From: the human T2T-CHM13v2.0 reference genome, Homo sapiens
Length of the DNA: 64,000 nt
Direction: 5' to 3' (one strand)
NCBI RefSeq assembly: GCF_009914755.1
Contig: NC_060927.1
Position numbers and translations under genes: made by a program. Below the pieces are notes generated by a model. The model saw nothing but the letters and a program-made list of their open reading frames with translations, made no database searches and was not told where the DNA came from. This document shows, piece by piece, positions 26,081-39,002 of this stretch. Positions within the stretch are counted from its first letter, which is position 1; the number at the start of each line of letters is the position of its first letter.

Positions 26081-27154
26081 TTTCGTAGAAAGCTTAATAA
26101 ATGTTTAATTAAGCTGATATTTAGATTGAAAGTAGCATAATTAAATTATTAAATTTTGAGAAATGGAGTTAAGAAATAAGTCAGTATAACTTCACAGTAA
26201 ATACCACATGCTATTTCTCGAAGAACATGTTTTGAATTACAAATAATAAAAACGAAGAAAATAATGAGAAAATTTTCAAGTTAGTATCTATTTTATTATG
26301 ATTCCTTCAGCTCTTATTTCTGTGCTTTAAAAAATATAAAATTAGGACCATTTTGATTTCTGTTTATTGTTCTTATCTCCAAAATTTTTGTTATGGGGCT
26401 TCCTGCCTGTTCTCTATTATTTTTTCCCTTCTCTTTTATCTATATTCCCTTAAAAGATCACTTGTCTATCTTTTGCTAGCTCCTCCTCTTATATTTGCCC
26501 TATTCCATTTTATATCTCACATAACTTGCTCTGGGTGGAAAGATAATGTGTCTCAACACAGTACATTCCCTCATGGCAGAGCAGCTAAAAGAGTAAGCAT
26601 TAATTTTCAACTTAAGTATCAATATAAATTTCAATTTAATATAAATCTGAAGCATTCCAGTAAAATCTTTATTCTTGCAGCAGGTCTCTCTCATAACCCC
26701 ATATTCATGATGACTTTAGGCAATGACAAACAGCACACTGTGTCAAACTCTGACTCTCCCTCATTTCTTCCCTTTATCAGCCTCTCTCATATAAAAGTGG
26801 CAGAACTCACTGCTGAGAACATTATAAAATTTGCATTGTACTTTCAGATGTAGAATAGTAATTCTCATGGATGAAAAAAAGAGTAAGAATTATCTTTTAC
26901 TTTACTAGTTCAGAGACATAAGTATTTCACATTGAAATTTTATACTAAATGAATGGAATATTTGTATCAAGCCTGAAAATCAAAGCTCTTAGTACAGTTA
27001 TAAAACAATAGGTGAGACTACACAAAACTATTTTTCACCTCTTCACTCAAGTGTTTTTGGGGAAAAAACACTTTTTTCCCATCTCCATTTGGATGAATGA
27101 ATCAATGAGCATCTTAAACTCAATATGTTAAAAAACATTCTCAGGGTGAGCTAT

Positions 27155-29505
27155 TGTATTAGTCCATTCTCACACTGCCATAAAGACATCCATGAGACTG
27201 CGTAAGTTATAAAGAAAAGAAGTTTAATTAACTCACAGTTCCACAGGCTGTACAGGAGGCATGGCTGCAGTGGCCTCAGAAAACAATCATGGCGGAAAGT
27301 GAAGGGGAAGCAAACACATCTTACATGGTGTGAACAGGAGCAGACAGAGTGAAGGGGGAAGTGATACACACCTTGAAACAACCAGATCTCATGAGAACTC
27401 TTACATAAGAGCAAGGGGGAAGCCTGTTCTCATAATTCAATCAGCTCCCACCAGCTCCCTCCTCTAACACTGAAGATTACAATTTGACATGAGATTTGGG
27501 TGAGGACGCAGAGCCAAACCATATAATTCCACCCCTGGCCCCTACCAAATCTCACTTTCTTCTCACATTTCAAAGCCAATGACGCCTTCCCAACAGTCTC
27601 TCAAAGTTTTAACTTATTCTAGCATGAACTCAAAATACCAAGTCCAAAGTCTCATCTGAGACAGCGCAAGTTCCTTCCATCTGTGAACTCATAAAATGAA
27701 AAACAAATTACTTCCAAGATACAGTGGGAATACAGGCATGGGTTGAATGTTCCCATTCCAAATGGGAGAAGTTGGGCAAAATAAAGGGGCTACAGGCCCC
27801 ATGCAAATCCAAAACCCATCAGGGCAGTCATTAAATCTTAAAGCTCTGAAATAATATCCTTTGATTTCATGACTCACATCCAGGTCACACTGATGCAAGG
27901 GGTAGGCTTCCAAGGCCTTGGGCAGCTCCATCCCTGTGGCTCTACAGGGTACAGCCCCCACAGCTGCTTTGGTGGGCTGGTGTTGAGTGCCCATGTCTTT
28001 TCCAGGTGCATGGTGCAAGCTGTTGGTGAATCTAGCATTCTGGGCTCTGGAGGACTGCAGTCCAGTAGGGATTTTGTGTGTGGGCTCCAACCCCACATTT
28101 CCCCTCTCCACCGCCTGAGGAGAGGTTCTCCACAAGGCTCTGCCTCTGCAGCGGACTTCTGCCTAGACATTCAGTTATTTCCACACAACCTCTGAAATCT
28201 AAATGGAGGCTCCCAAGCCTCAGCTCTCTCCCTCTGCACACTCACAGGCTTAACACCACGAGGAAGTCTTGGTGGCTCCAGGCTTGCACTCTCTGGAGCA
28301 GTGACCTGAGATGTATTTAGGGCCCTTTTAGCCATGGTTGGAGCTGGACTGTCTGGGATGCAGAGCACCATGTCCTGAGGCTGCAGAGAGCAGTGGAGTC
28401 TTGGATCTGGCCTTCAAAACCATTCTTACTTCCTAGGCTTCCAGGCCTGTGATGGGAGGGACTGCTATGAAGGTCTCTGAAATGCCTTGGAGGTACTTTC
28501 CCCATTGTCTTGGTTATTAACATTTGGCTCCTCTTTACTTAGGCAGATTTCTGCAGTACACTTGAATTTCTCCCCCCAAAATGGGTTTTTCTTTTCTACC
28601 ACATGGCCAGTCAGCAAATTTTCCAAACTTTTATGCTCTGCTTTCTTTTTAAATATAAGTTATAGTTTCAGATCATTTCTTTTTTTATGAAAATGATTGT
28701 AGGCTTTTAGAAGCAGTCAGGCCACATTGTGAATGCTTTGCTGCTTAAAAATTTCTTCTGCCAGATTCTGTAAATCACCTTTCTCAAGTTCAAAGTACCT
28801 CAGATCTCTTGAGCAGAGGCACAATGCTTCCAGTCTTTGCTAATGCATAGCAAGAGTGACCTTTATTCCAGTTCCCAATAAGTTCCTTATGTCCATAAGG
28901 AGGCCTCCTTAGACTGGACTTCACTGTCCATATCACTATCAGCATTTCAGTCTCAACAATTTAACAATCTCTAAGAAGTTCCAACCTCCCCTCAACTTCG
29001 TGTCTTCTTCTGATCTGTCCAAACTGTTCCAACCTCTGCTCATTACCCAGTTCCCAAGCTGCTTCCACATTTTTAGGTATCTTTATAGCAATGCCCCACT
29101 GCTCAGTACCAATTTTCTGTATTAGCCTGTTCTCATACTGCTATAAATACACACCTGAGACTGGGTAACTTATAAAGAAAAGAGGTTTAATGGACTCACA
29201 GTTCCACAGGCTGTGCAGGAGGCATAGCTGGGGTGGCCTCAGGAAACTTATAATCATGGTGGAAGGTAAAGAGGAAGTAAACACATCTTATATGGTGGAA
29301 GCAGGAGGAAGAGAGTGAAGGGTGGGGGGTGGGGGTTGCTGCTCACTTTGAAACAACCACATCTCATGAGAACTCTATCACAAGAGCAGCAAGGGGGAAG
29401 TTTGCCACCAGGATTCAATAACCTCCTTCCGGGCTCTTCCTCTAACAACTGAAGATTAGAATTCAGCATGAGATTTGGATGGGGATACAGAGCCAAACCG
29501 TATTA
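27155..29505 (-). mobile_element. Complete MSTA MaLR provirus: LTR 27155-27526, internal 27527-29117, LTR 29118-29505
   Basis: Two direct LTR copies (tgtattag...gagccaaacc(a/g)ta) flank an MST-int sequence (caagtccaaagtctcatctgagac, ggggctacaggccccatgcaa); 5-bp TSD gctat/gctac. Confidence 0.93.
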
Positions 29506-29965
29506 GCTACATTTGCTTCTCCAGGTTTAAGGGTATTCCCATGGTGTTCCACCATCCCTTATCAGCTTCTCTTTCACTTGGCCATACATTTGAAAATAGC
29601 CTCTTCATTAAGCATCCTTCATCTGCTCTTTTGACATACTGTGTCTATCCTGGTGGATCCTTTTTCAATGCAATGCACAGTTTTCCTGTATAAAGTTCTT
29701 ATAACTTGAAAGATAAATTGCTAGCAACAGTTAGAAAAAACTCTCATTCACAGCTAATTCAATACCACTACCTTTCCAGTTTTTAGTAAATGAGTTTACC
29801 ACCTAAATTACATCTTAAATATAAAACATTGAACAGGACCCAATTTTATTCATTCATTTTCCCCTAACCTCTATTTTAATAGAGGAAGTACTTCTTATCA
29901 AAGGTCAATATTTCCATCTATGCTTTGGATCCCAAAATTCCCACTTTCTTAAAAATGGTAATGTT

Positions 29966-30256
29966 GGCTGAATACAGTGGCTCATTCCTGTAATCTCAGC
30001 ACTTTGAGAGGCTAGGGCGGTGAATCACTTGAGGCCAGGAGTTCAAGACCAACCTGGCCAACATGTCAAAACTCCATCTCGACTAAAAACACAAAAATTA
30101 GCCAGGCATGTTGGTACATACCTGTAGTCCCAGCTACTCGGAGGCTGGGCCAGGAGAATCACCTAAACCTGGGAAGCAGGGGTTGCAGTGAACCAAGATT
30201 GTGTCACTGCACTCCAGCCTGGGTGACAGAGAGATACTGTGTATCAAGAAAAAAAA
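29966..30256 (+). mobile_element. AluS (Sz-like) inserted in an L2 relic
   Basis: Alu dimer; degenerate TSD aaaaatggtaatgtt / aaaaaagttaatgct. Confidence 0.95.
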
Positions 30257-33200
30257 GTTAATGCTTGATTAGCTATTTTTAATCTAATTTCTTCCTGTCA
30301 ATATTTTTCAGCATTTAATTACGTAATATTTTTTGTCCTATCTTAAAATAATTCCTGAACTTCATATCTCTCTCAGACTACCTTTTTTTAAAAATAATCA
30401 TTATTCTTGAAAGTGCAACAGAATGTCATTATTCTTCATCTCTGCATTTCCCACTCACTCAGATCCAACTGGTGTAAACTAGGCCAATGTGTACATTTGC
30501 AAGGCAATACGGGTTATACCTTCCTTTTACTTAGAACAGGTTGCTTATAACCCATTTTGCTGAAGATTTTATTTTGTCCTATTCTCCCAACAAAGCTTAC
30601 TTACTCTACTATACACACAGATTTCTAGGTATATTGAATAGAAACTCCATTCATTGCTTTAAGATTTTACCCCATATATGCACTGGCCTAGGATTACACA
30701 TTTTCTGATACATTCTGTTAAGAAGTGCCTCACCTTTTTTTTCTGTCATTTTCTTTTGACATATATTTTCTTTTCTGAATACATTTGAAGTCAAGGAAAC
30801 AGTATCATAGAAACAAGTAAAATCTGAAATTGCATTTGTTGGTTCAGTGTAACAGCAGTGCATCTATAACTTTATTAATGCAATTTAATTTTCAGTGGCT
30901 TAATTTTTTTCAAGCAAATTAACAATTATACTTGATATTGATATATTTATAATCAATGGAAGAAGCATCCCAAAAAGGGCAAATGCTGTATGGGCTCAGT
31001 GAACCTGGCTGAAAAGTTCCTAGATAACAGAGATTACAAAAAGTATTTAAAATGAGAACAAGTAGAATTAAAGGTCAACATCACTACAATACTGCTTATT
31101 AAATGAAAATCTTTGAACATAAATGTTTACAAATCTCAATTATTGGCACATTTTCCAAAATAAGAACTAAACATATTTCAATAACATAAGGATAGTAGAA
31201 ATCAGTGTTTAACAAAATAGAAATTCACTTTTAAAATATTTTATTAAAAAGTCAATATACAGTAAACATAATATATTATTTTAATATCCTTCATATGTTC
31301 TTGAGTGCCTCCTATTATATAATACCAAAGATCTGAAAAAAGTATTGATAAATCATAATAACCTTTATTAGGGAATGATTTTCAATTACATATCTTTCTT
31401 TAGAAATTACATACCACAGGTGAAAACAAAGTTTCTTAGGTACAATTTTACTGCCTGATATATGAGAGGTGTTTTATGGTTGATAATGCAAATGAATCAT
31501 TAAAAGCAACCCAAGAATAAATCAAAAAAAACAAGAAAAGATAAATGTGTATCTTATATTGTGAGACAGAACTGGGATAGTGTGGAATGTGGCTTAGGAC
31601 AGAGCAGATTATGAATAACATAACTTTCAGTTATGTACCATGCACTGTTCTGTTTGTAGCACACATGTTATCACATTTATAAGTCTGTAAAGAAAGCCTA
31701 TTCGTTTTATGGCAAGAGAGCAGCTGTGGGAGAAGTGAAGACATAGGCATAGAGACTTGTGCAGGGACAGCTGCCTTTTGGGTCTGAAAGAATCTGGTGA
31801 AACTGAAAAAAGTTTCTTCTATCCAACTTCCTCCATTCTATAAGTAATTAGCATATAGCTGCTATGTAGTAGGTTCTTTGCTAGCTGCTGAGATGTATTG
31901 GTAAGTAAGAGAGACATGCTTGCTTTTCCGATGTGTTATGCATGAAGCAAACACAAAGCAAACAGCTAAAACACTTTACAAATTGGGAAAAGTTTGAAAT
32001 AAACATACTTCTTACAGTATAGCATAATATAATTCTCAATAGTTCTCTCAAATAAAACAACTAAAATGATAGGCACAAACGTACCTAGGTACTTGGTAAA
32101 CACTCTGATGAAGTGCATTGAAAGAAACCCAGAAGTTAATTGAGAATAAGAATCTTGTTTTTTTATTAAAAAGTAAGTTTTAAAGATGGCTTTACCTATT
32201 TTTTTTCTGTACTCTGTGATCATAAGCTTCTGAATTGGCAGTTGAACATCCCAGACAAGGTGGAAAACCTAAAGAACCCCTTTATGAGACTTAGTAATCC
32301 AAACTTAGAATCTTACAACTTCAGGGTAGGACTCAACAAGAAATAAGAAGCATTGACGTGGACACAGAAATGAATCTCAACTACGTCAACTTTGGCAAAG
32401 TAAATAAAAATTTCTTTTGCAACTTTAAAATCCTAAAGTGGCTCTAACATTGCTTTTTTTTATTTTTATCCCAACATGCTACCCGTGTTCTCTGAAAAAC
32501 ATCAAACATCAAAGCAGGAATTAAATTTAAAGTCATCCTGGCTATTAGTGGCTCCAGGCAGGAAACAGAAGCAAATGAAAATCCTGTCTGGAGAAACTTA
32601 AATCAAGAAATACCAAAAAAAGTGACCACAGATAAATTTATATTAAAATCAAATAGCCCACAGGCAAAAATGACACAAATAAATTAGCCACTATTAAGTG
32701 AGAAACAATGTAAATAATAGACAGTGGACAAAGTCAAAAATTATTTCAAATATTGGAACTATCAAACATAATTTTAGAAAACAAATCTGTTTAATAAATT
32801 CAAATAAAAAAAGAAAAATTTGAATATATTTGCAGAGAACATAAAAGTATGAAAAATTACTAAGAAGCCATTTTTGCATCTGACATTTAAGAAGCTTGGG
32901 AATCAAAAGTATCCTAATAGCAGGTAAAAACCTGAACAAACTAAAAAACAAATAATAAATATTAGATCTATAAGAAAAGTGGAATAATGGAACATACCTC
33001 TGCTCCCCAAATTAGAGAGATCAGCAGGAGAATAATAAGAATCACAACTTCCTGGAACAGAAGCGCACAAGTTAAAACTTCTGCAGGAACCAGTGTCTGG
33101 GTAGGGAAATCTGAACTGTAATTGATGACTTGCTGGAGGCTCCCTGTGGACAAGTATGAGAAATAAAATCTCCAGAAGGACCCAGTCATGTTAGGGGTCA

Positions 33201-34394
33201 TACTTTCCTGAGTTTTACCTCCTGGAATTTTATTTGATTCTCACAGTGAGTATCAGAGAAAAACTTCAATGCTTCTAGCAGGAAGAGGATAAAAGAACCA
33301 TTTTGAAATATAGCAGAGAAATGTATCCTTTTTAATCAAGTATTCCTTCAGGAGAAACTATTTAACCAGAATCCAAGCTACTGGAGTTTTACCAGAGCCT
33401 AATTGACATGGGAAAAGATAATACCCAACTCCAGGCCACTTTAGCTATTCTGTCCTATCTAAGGAAGGAGTCGGACTAGAAGTGCCACATTTTTCAAGGT
33501 CTATTTACAGCAGTTTTTTATTCCTGGAAGATCATGTCCAGTTTTTTTTTTTTTTTTTTGTAATTTAGGAAAAAAATTACAAGACATACTGAAAGGCATA
33601 AAAACACAATTTGAGGACACAGACCAAGCAATAGAATCAGACATGGCAGGGATGTTCAACTTAGATTGGGAATTCAAAACAATTATGATTAGTATGCTAA
33701 TGATTCCAACAGATAAACTAGACAGCATTCAAGAACATATGGGCAATGTAAGCAGAGAAAGAAAAATTCTAAGAACCAAAAATAAATGCTAGAAATCAAA
33801 AGCACTGTAATGGGAATATCTTCACTGGGCTTATTAGCAGACATGGCACAGCAGAGGAAAAAATCTGTGAGCTTGTGGATATCAAATAGAAACCTCTAAA
33901 ACTAAAAAGCGAACATAAAAAAATACTAAAAAGAGGAAAATAATATAAGAATATTCAAGGACTTTGAGGCAACTACAGAAGATATTATGTATGTGTAATG
34001 AGAACATTATAAGGAGAAAGAAATTGAAGAAATATTTGAAACAATAATTGAGAATTTTTACAAGTGAATGTCAGATACAAAACTACAGAACCAGGAAGGT
34101 TAGAGAACTTCAAGTAAGACAAATAACTAGGCATTTATCATTTTCAAACTACAGAAACACAACTGAAAAATGAATCAGTGGGAGCAAAAAAAAGGTTAAA
34201 CAAAGAAAAAAATACAAAACTCATATACTAAAAAAGAAAAGAAAACCATATAAAATGCTCAGTTAATAACACAAAAGGAAGAAAAGAGTATAAAACAAAA
34301 ATAGAAACAAAAACTAAGGCAATAAATAGAAAATATGAGCAAATATGTTAGATATTAATCTGACTGTATCAGTACTCACTTTGAACATCAATAG

Positions 34395-34580
34395 TTTTTT
34401 TTTTTTTTTTAATTTAAGAAAAGTATATCACTCTGTTTCCCAGGCTGAAGTGCAATGGCACACTCATAGCTCACTGCAGCCTTGAACTCCTGAGCTTAAG
34501 TGAGCCTTCTGCCTCAGCATCCTGAGTAGCGGACTCAAGTGCATGCCAACACACCTAACTAAGATTTCAGGTGTGAACCA
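34395..34580 (-). mobile_element. Internally deleted AluJ-like element
   Basis: AluJ right arm (tcatagctcactgcagccttgaactcctgagcttaag) joined to gatttcaggtgtgaacca; perfect 16-bp TSD tgaacatcaatagttt. Confidence 0.85.
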
Positions 34581-35409
34581 TGAACATCAATAGTTTAAGG
34601 GCAGCTATTAAAAGACAATATCAGAGTGGGTCAAATAACAAGACCCAACTGTATGTTGTCAACAAGGAACCTACTTTAACTATAAAGACAAGTGTAGATT
34701 ATAAAAACTATCTAAATTGGAAAAGAGAAAATCCTATTATCTGTTCACTAATGATATAATTTTATATCAGAAAACTCTAAAGACTCCTCTGAAAGATTCC
34801 TAGGTTTGATAAATGACCTCAGTAAAGTTTCAGAATACAAAATCCAGCTACAAATTGATAGAATTTTAATACATCAATAACTATAAAACTGAGAACCAAA
34901 TTAAGAACTCAATCCTATTTCAATACCTACAAAAACAAACATAAAATACCTAGGAATACACTTCAATCAAGGAGATAAAATGTCTCTACAAGAACTACAA
35001 AACACTGAGAAAAGGCACAAACACAGAGATAAAACATCCCATGCTCATGGATCAAAAGAATCAGTGTAATTCAAATGACCATACTGCCCAAAAGAATCAA
35101 CAAAATCAATGAAATTCCTATAAATTACCAAGGTCATTTTTACAAAATTAGAAAAAAACAATCCTAAAATTCATATGGAGCCACAGAATATCCTGAATAG
35201 CCAAAGCAATCCTAAGCAAAAAGAATAAAGCTGGAGGTATCACATTACCTGACAACAAAACATACAACAAGGCTCTAATAACCACACAGCATGGTGCTGG
35301 TATAAAAACATACATATATCAGTGGAACAGAATGGAGGACCCCAAAATAAAGCCACACACCTAAAAGCAACCAAACTTTGACCAAGCTGACAAAAATATA
35401 CACAAGGGA

Positions 35410-35703
35410 GGCCAGGAGCTGTGGTTCACGCCTATAATCCCGGCACTTTGGGAGACCGAGACTGGAGGATCACAAGGTCAGGAGTTTGAGATCATCCTGG
35501 CTAATACAGTGAAATCCTGTCTCTACTAAAAATACAAAAAATTAGCCGGGCGTGGTGGCAGGCACCTGTAATCGCAGCTCCTTGGGAGGCTGAGATAGGA
35601 GAATCTCATGTACCTGGGAGGTGGAGGTTGCAGTGAGCTGAGATTGCGCCACTGTGCTCCAGCCTGGGCAACAGAGTGAGACTCCATCTCAAAAAAAAAA
35701 AAA

Positions 35704-35704
<1 letters not shown>
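35410..35704 (+). mobile_element. AluS (Sg/Sc-like) inside the L1PB
   Basis: Full dimer with A tail; gatcacaaggtcaggag. Confidence 0.96.

Positions 35705-35706
<2 letters not shown>

Positions 35707-35752
<46 letters not shown>
35707..35752. repeat. (CA)23 microsatellite
   Basis: Uninterrupted CA run seen directly. Confidence 0.97.
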
Positions 35753-35754
<2 letters not shown>

Positions 35755-36923
35755 AGGGAGAGGAAAACCTATTCAATAAATGGTGCTGGAAAAAATGGAT
35801 AGCCCTATGCAGAAAAATAAACCTATACTCATCTTTCTCATGATATACAAAAACTAACACAAGAGGAATACAGTACTGAAATGTAAGACCTAAAACTATA
35901 AAATTATAAATCAAAACTTGGAAAAACTATTCTGGACATTGGTCTAGGCCAAGAATTTATGACTATGTCTTCCAAAGTAAACACGATAGAAACAAAAATA
36001 GACAAATTGAACTTAATTAAACTAAAAAGTTTCTTCACAACAAAATAAATGATTAATAGAGTAATATGAGAACCTACAGTATGGGAGAAAATATTCACAA
36101 ATTATGCATGTAACAAGGAGCTAATATTCAGAATCCACAAGAAACTCAAGGAACTCAACAAGAAAAAAAAATTTAGAAGGGAGACTAAAAACATGAACAG
36201 ACATTTCTCAAAAGAATACATATAAGCAGACAAAGAACACATGAGAAAATGCTCAACATCACTAATCATCAGATAAATGCACATTAAAACACAATTAGAT
36301 ACATGTTACACCAGTCAGAATGACTGTTACTAAAAATATGATATCATCTTTTCTTTATCCCCTCTTCCACTGATAGACATTTGCATATGCGTATACATGT
36401 ATATATACATATATATATACACACACATATACATAGGTATTATATATATATACACATGGAATATTACTCAAGCACATAATAAAATAAAGTCATGTCTTTT
36501 GTAGCAACATGATGAAACTGGAGACCATTATTCTAAGTGAAATGACTCGGAAACAGAAAATTAGAAACTACATGTCCTCAATTATAAGTGGGAGCTAAGA
36601 AATGAATACACACTGATAAAAAGTGGAATAATAGATGTTGTAGATTACAAAAGATAGAGGGGTGATAGAAGGTGAAGAATACAATACTACCTTTTTTTTA
36701 CAATGTACACTATTTGGGTGCTCACTACACTGAGGGCCCAGAATTCAACACTATGCAATATATCTGTGTAATACAACTGTATTTGTATCACGTAAATCTG
36801 TAAAATATTTTTAAGAACTAAACTGATGGAGAAAGATATAGCATGCTTACACTAATCAAAAGAAAGCAAGAGTAGCTATATTAATTTTAGACATAGGAGT
36901 CTTCAGAGACAGAAGTTATTAGG

Positions 36924-39002
36924 CTGTTTATTCTGTTGGTAATTTCATTTGATTTGTAGAAGCTCTTTGGTTTAATTAGGTCCCATTTGTCAATTTTGTG
37001 TTGGTTGTGATTGTTTTGGGGAACATAGCCATAAATTGTTTCTCAAAGCTGTTGTTGAGAAGGTATTTCCTAGGTTTTTCTTCTAGGATTTTTGTAGTTT
37101 GAGGTATGGTATTAAAGTTTTTAATACATCTTGGGATAAAGATGGGATAAAGAAAATATGATATCATATATGACTGCTCTTGTGAATGCTGCTGTGATAA
37201 ACATATGAATGCAGGTGCCTTTTAGATACAATGGTTTCTTTTTCTTTGGGTAGATACCAAATAGCAAGATTGCTGGATCAACTGGTAGTTCTATTTTTAG
37301 CTCTTTGAATTCTTGTGTGTGGTGACAGACAGGGGTCCAGTTTCATTCTCTGCATATGGCTAGTCAGTCATCTCAGTACCATTTATTAAATAAAATGTCC
37401 TCTCATTACTGCTTATTTTTGTTAATTTTATTGAAGGACAGATGGTTGTAAGTGTGTGAGTTTCTCTTTCTCTATTCTATCCCATTGGCCTATATGTCTG
37501 TTTTTGTGCAAGGACCATGCTGCTATAGTTTCTGTAGCTTTATATTATAGGTTGAAGTTGGATCACGTGATGCCTCCAGCTTTGTTGTTCCTGCTTAGGG
37601 CCGTGTGGCCATTTTAACAATATTGATTCTTCCAACCTATGAGCATGGAATATTTTTCCATTTATTTGTGTCTTTTCTGATTACTTTCAGCAATGTTTTA
37701 TAATTCTCTTCATGGTGAGATGAATTCCTAGGTATTTCATTTGTGTGTGTGGTTATTGTAAATGGGATATTGTTCTTGATTTGTTTGTTAGCTAGAACAT
37801 TATTTTTGTGTTTAGAAATGCTACCAATTTTTGTGTAATATTGATTTCATATCCTTAAACTTTACTAAACTCATTTATCAGTTCTAGGATCCTTTTGGTG
37901 GAGTCTTTAGGGTTTTGTGCATATAGAATCGTATCATCAGCAAAGAAAGATAGTTTAAATTCTTATTTTTCTGTTTGAATGCCTTTTATTTCTTTGTCTT
38001 GACTGACTGTTCTGTCTGGGACTTCCAGTACTATTTTTAATAGTAATAGTAAGAAAGAGCATCCTTGTCTTGTTCCAGTTGTCTAATGGCTCTAGCTTTT
38101 GCCTGTTCAGCAGGATGTTGGCTATGGGCTTGTCCTAAAAGGCTCTTATCATTTTGAGATATATTCTCTCAATGTCTAGTCAGCTAAAGGTTTTAATCTT
38201 GAAGGAACGTTGAATTTTCTCTAAGGTTTTTTGTTTGTCTCTTGAGATAATCATTGTTTTTTCTTTTTTATTCTGTTTGTGGTGAATCCCACTTATTGAT
38301 TTGCATATGTTGAACCAAACTTGCATCCCAAGAATAAAGCCTACTTGATGGTGAATTAAGTTTTGAGGTGCTGCTGGATTTGGTGTTCTAGTATTTTGCT
38401 GAGAAATTTTGTATCCATGTTCACCAGGGGTATTAATCTGAAAATTTTCTTTTTTCATTGAGCCTCTGCCAGATTTTGGTATCAGGAAGATACTAGATTC
38501 ACAAAATGAGTTAGAGGGAATCCCCTTTTCTTTCTTTCTTTTTTTTTTTTAATTTTTTTGGAGTGGTTGTGGTAAGGTTCATATCAGTTCTTCACTGTAT
38601 GCCTCTAGAATTTGGCTGGGAAGCCATCTAGTCCAGGGCTTTATTTGGTTGGTAAGGCTTTCTTATTACTGATTTAATTTCTGAATTTGTTACTGGTATG
38701 TTGATGTTTTTAGTTTCCTTATGGTTCAGTCTTGGGAGGTTGTGTGTTTTTAGGAATTTACCCACTTCCTCCAGATTTTCTAATTTGTGTCCATAGAAGT
38801 GTTCATAATAGTCTCTGAGGATATTTTATTTCTGTGGGATCATTGCACTATCATCTTTGTCATTTCTGATTGCACTTATTTGGCTCTTCTCTCTTTTATT
38901 TATCCAGTTAGCAGTCAACCAACCTTGCTTATTCTTTTAAAGAGTTGTCTCCTGGTTTCATTTATCTTATTGATGGGCTTTTGCATGTTAATTTTGTTCA
39001 GT
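36924..39002 (-). mobile_element. Antisense old L1PA/L1PB ORF2 segment
   Basis: ttattgatttgcatatgttgaaccaaacttgcatcccaagaataaagcctacttga; ggggtccagtttcattctctgcatatggctag. Confidence 0.88.

Larger units (their letters stand above)
34711..36811 (+). mobile_element. 5'-truncated L1PB (L1PB4-like) ORF2/3'UTR nested in the L1MC
   Basis: aaatgaccatactgcccaaa, gcaatcctaagcaaaaagaataaagctggagg; 3' end caatgtacactatttgggtg..cccagaattcaacactatgcaatatatc; candidate TSD taaaaacta/taagaacta. Confidence 0.85.

Noticed and set aside
26353-26853. 166-aa ORF in unique sequence
   Set aside because: Non-ATG start, composition typical of T-rich noncoding DNA, no recognisable domain
27689-28523. Cluster of overlapping ORFs
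   Set aside because: Fragmented MST internal sequence; higher GC gives longer chance ORFs
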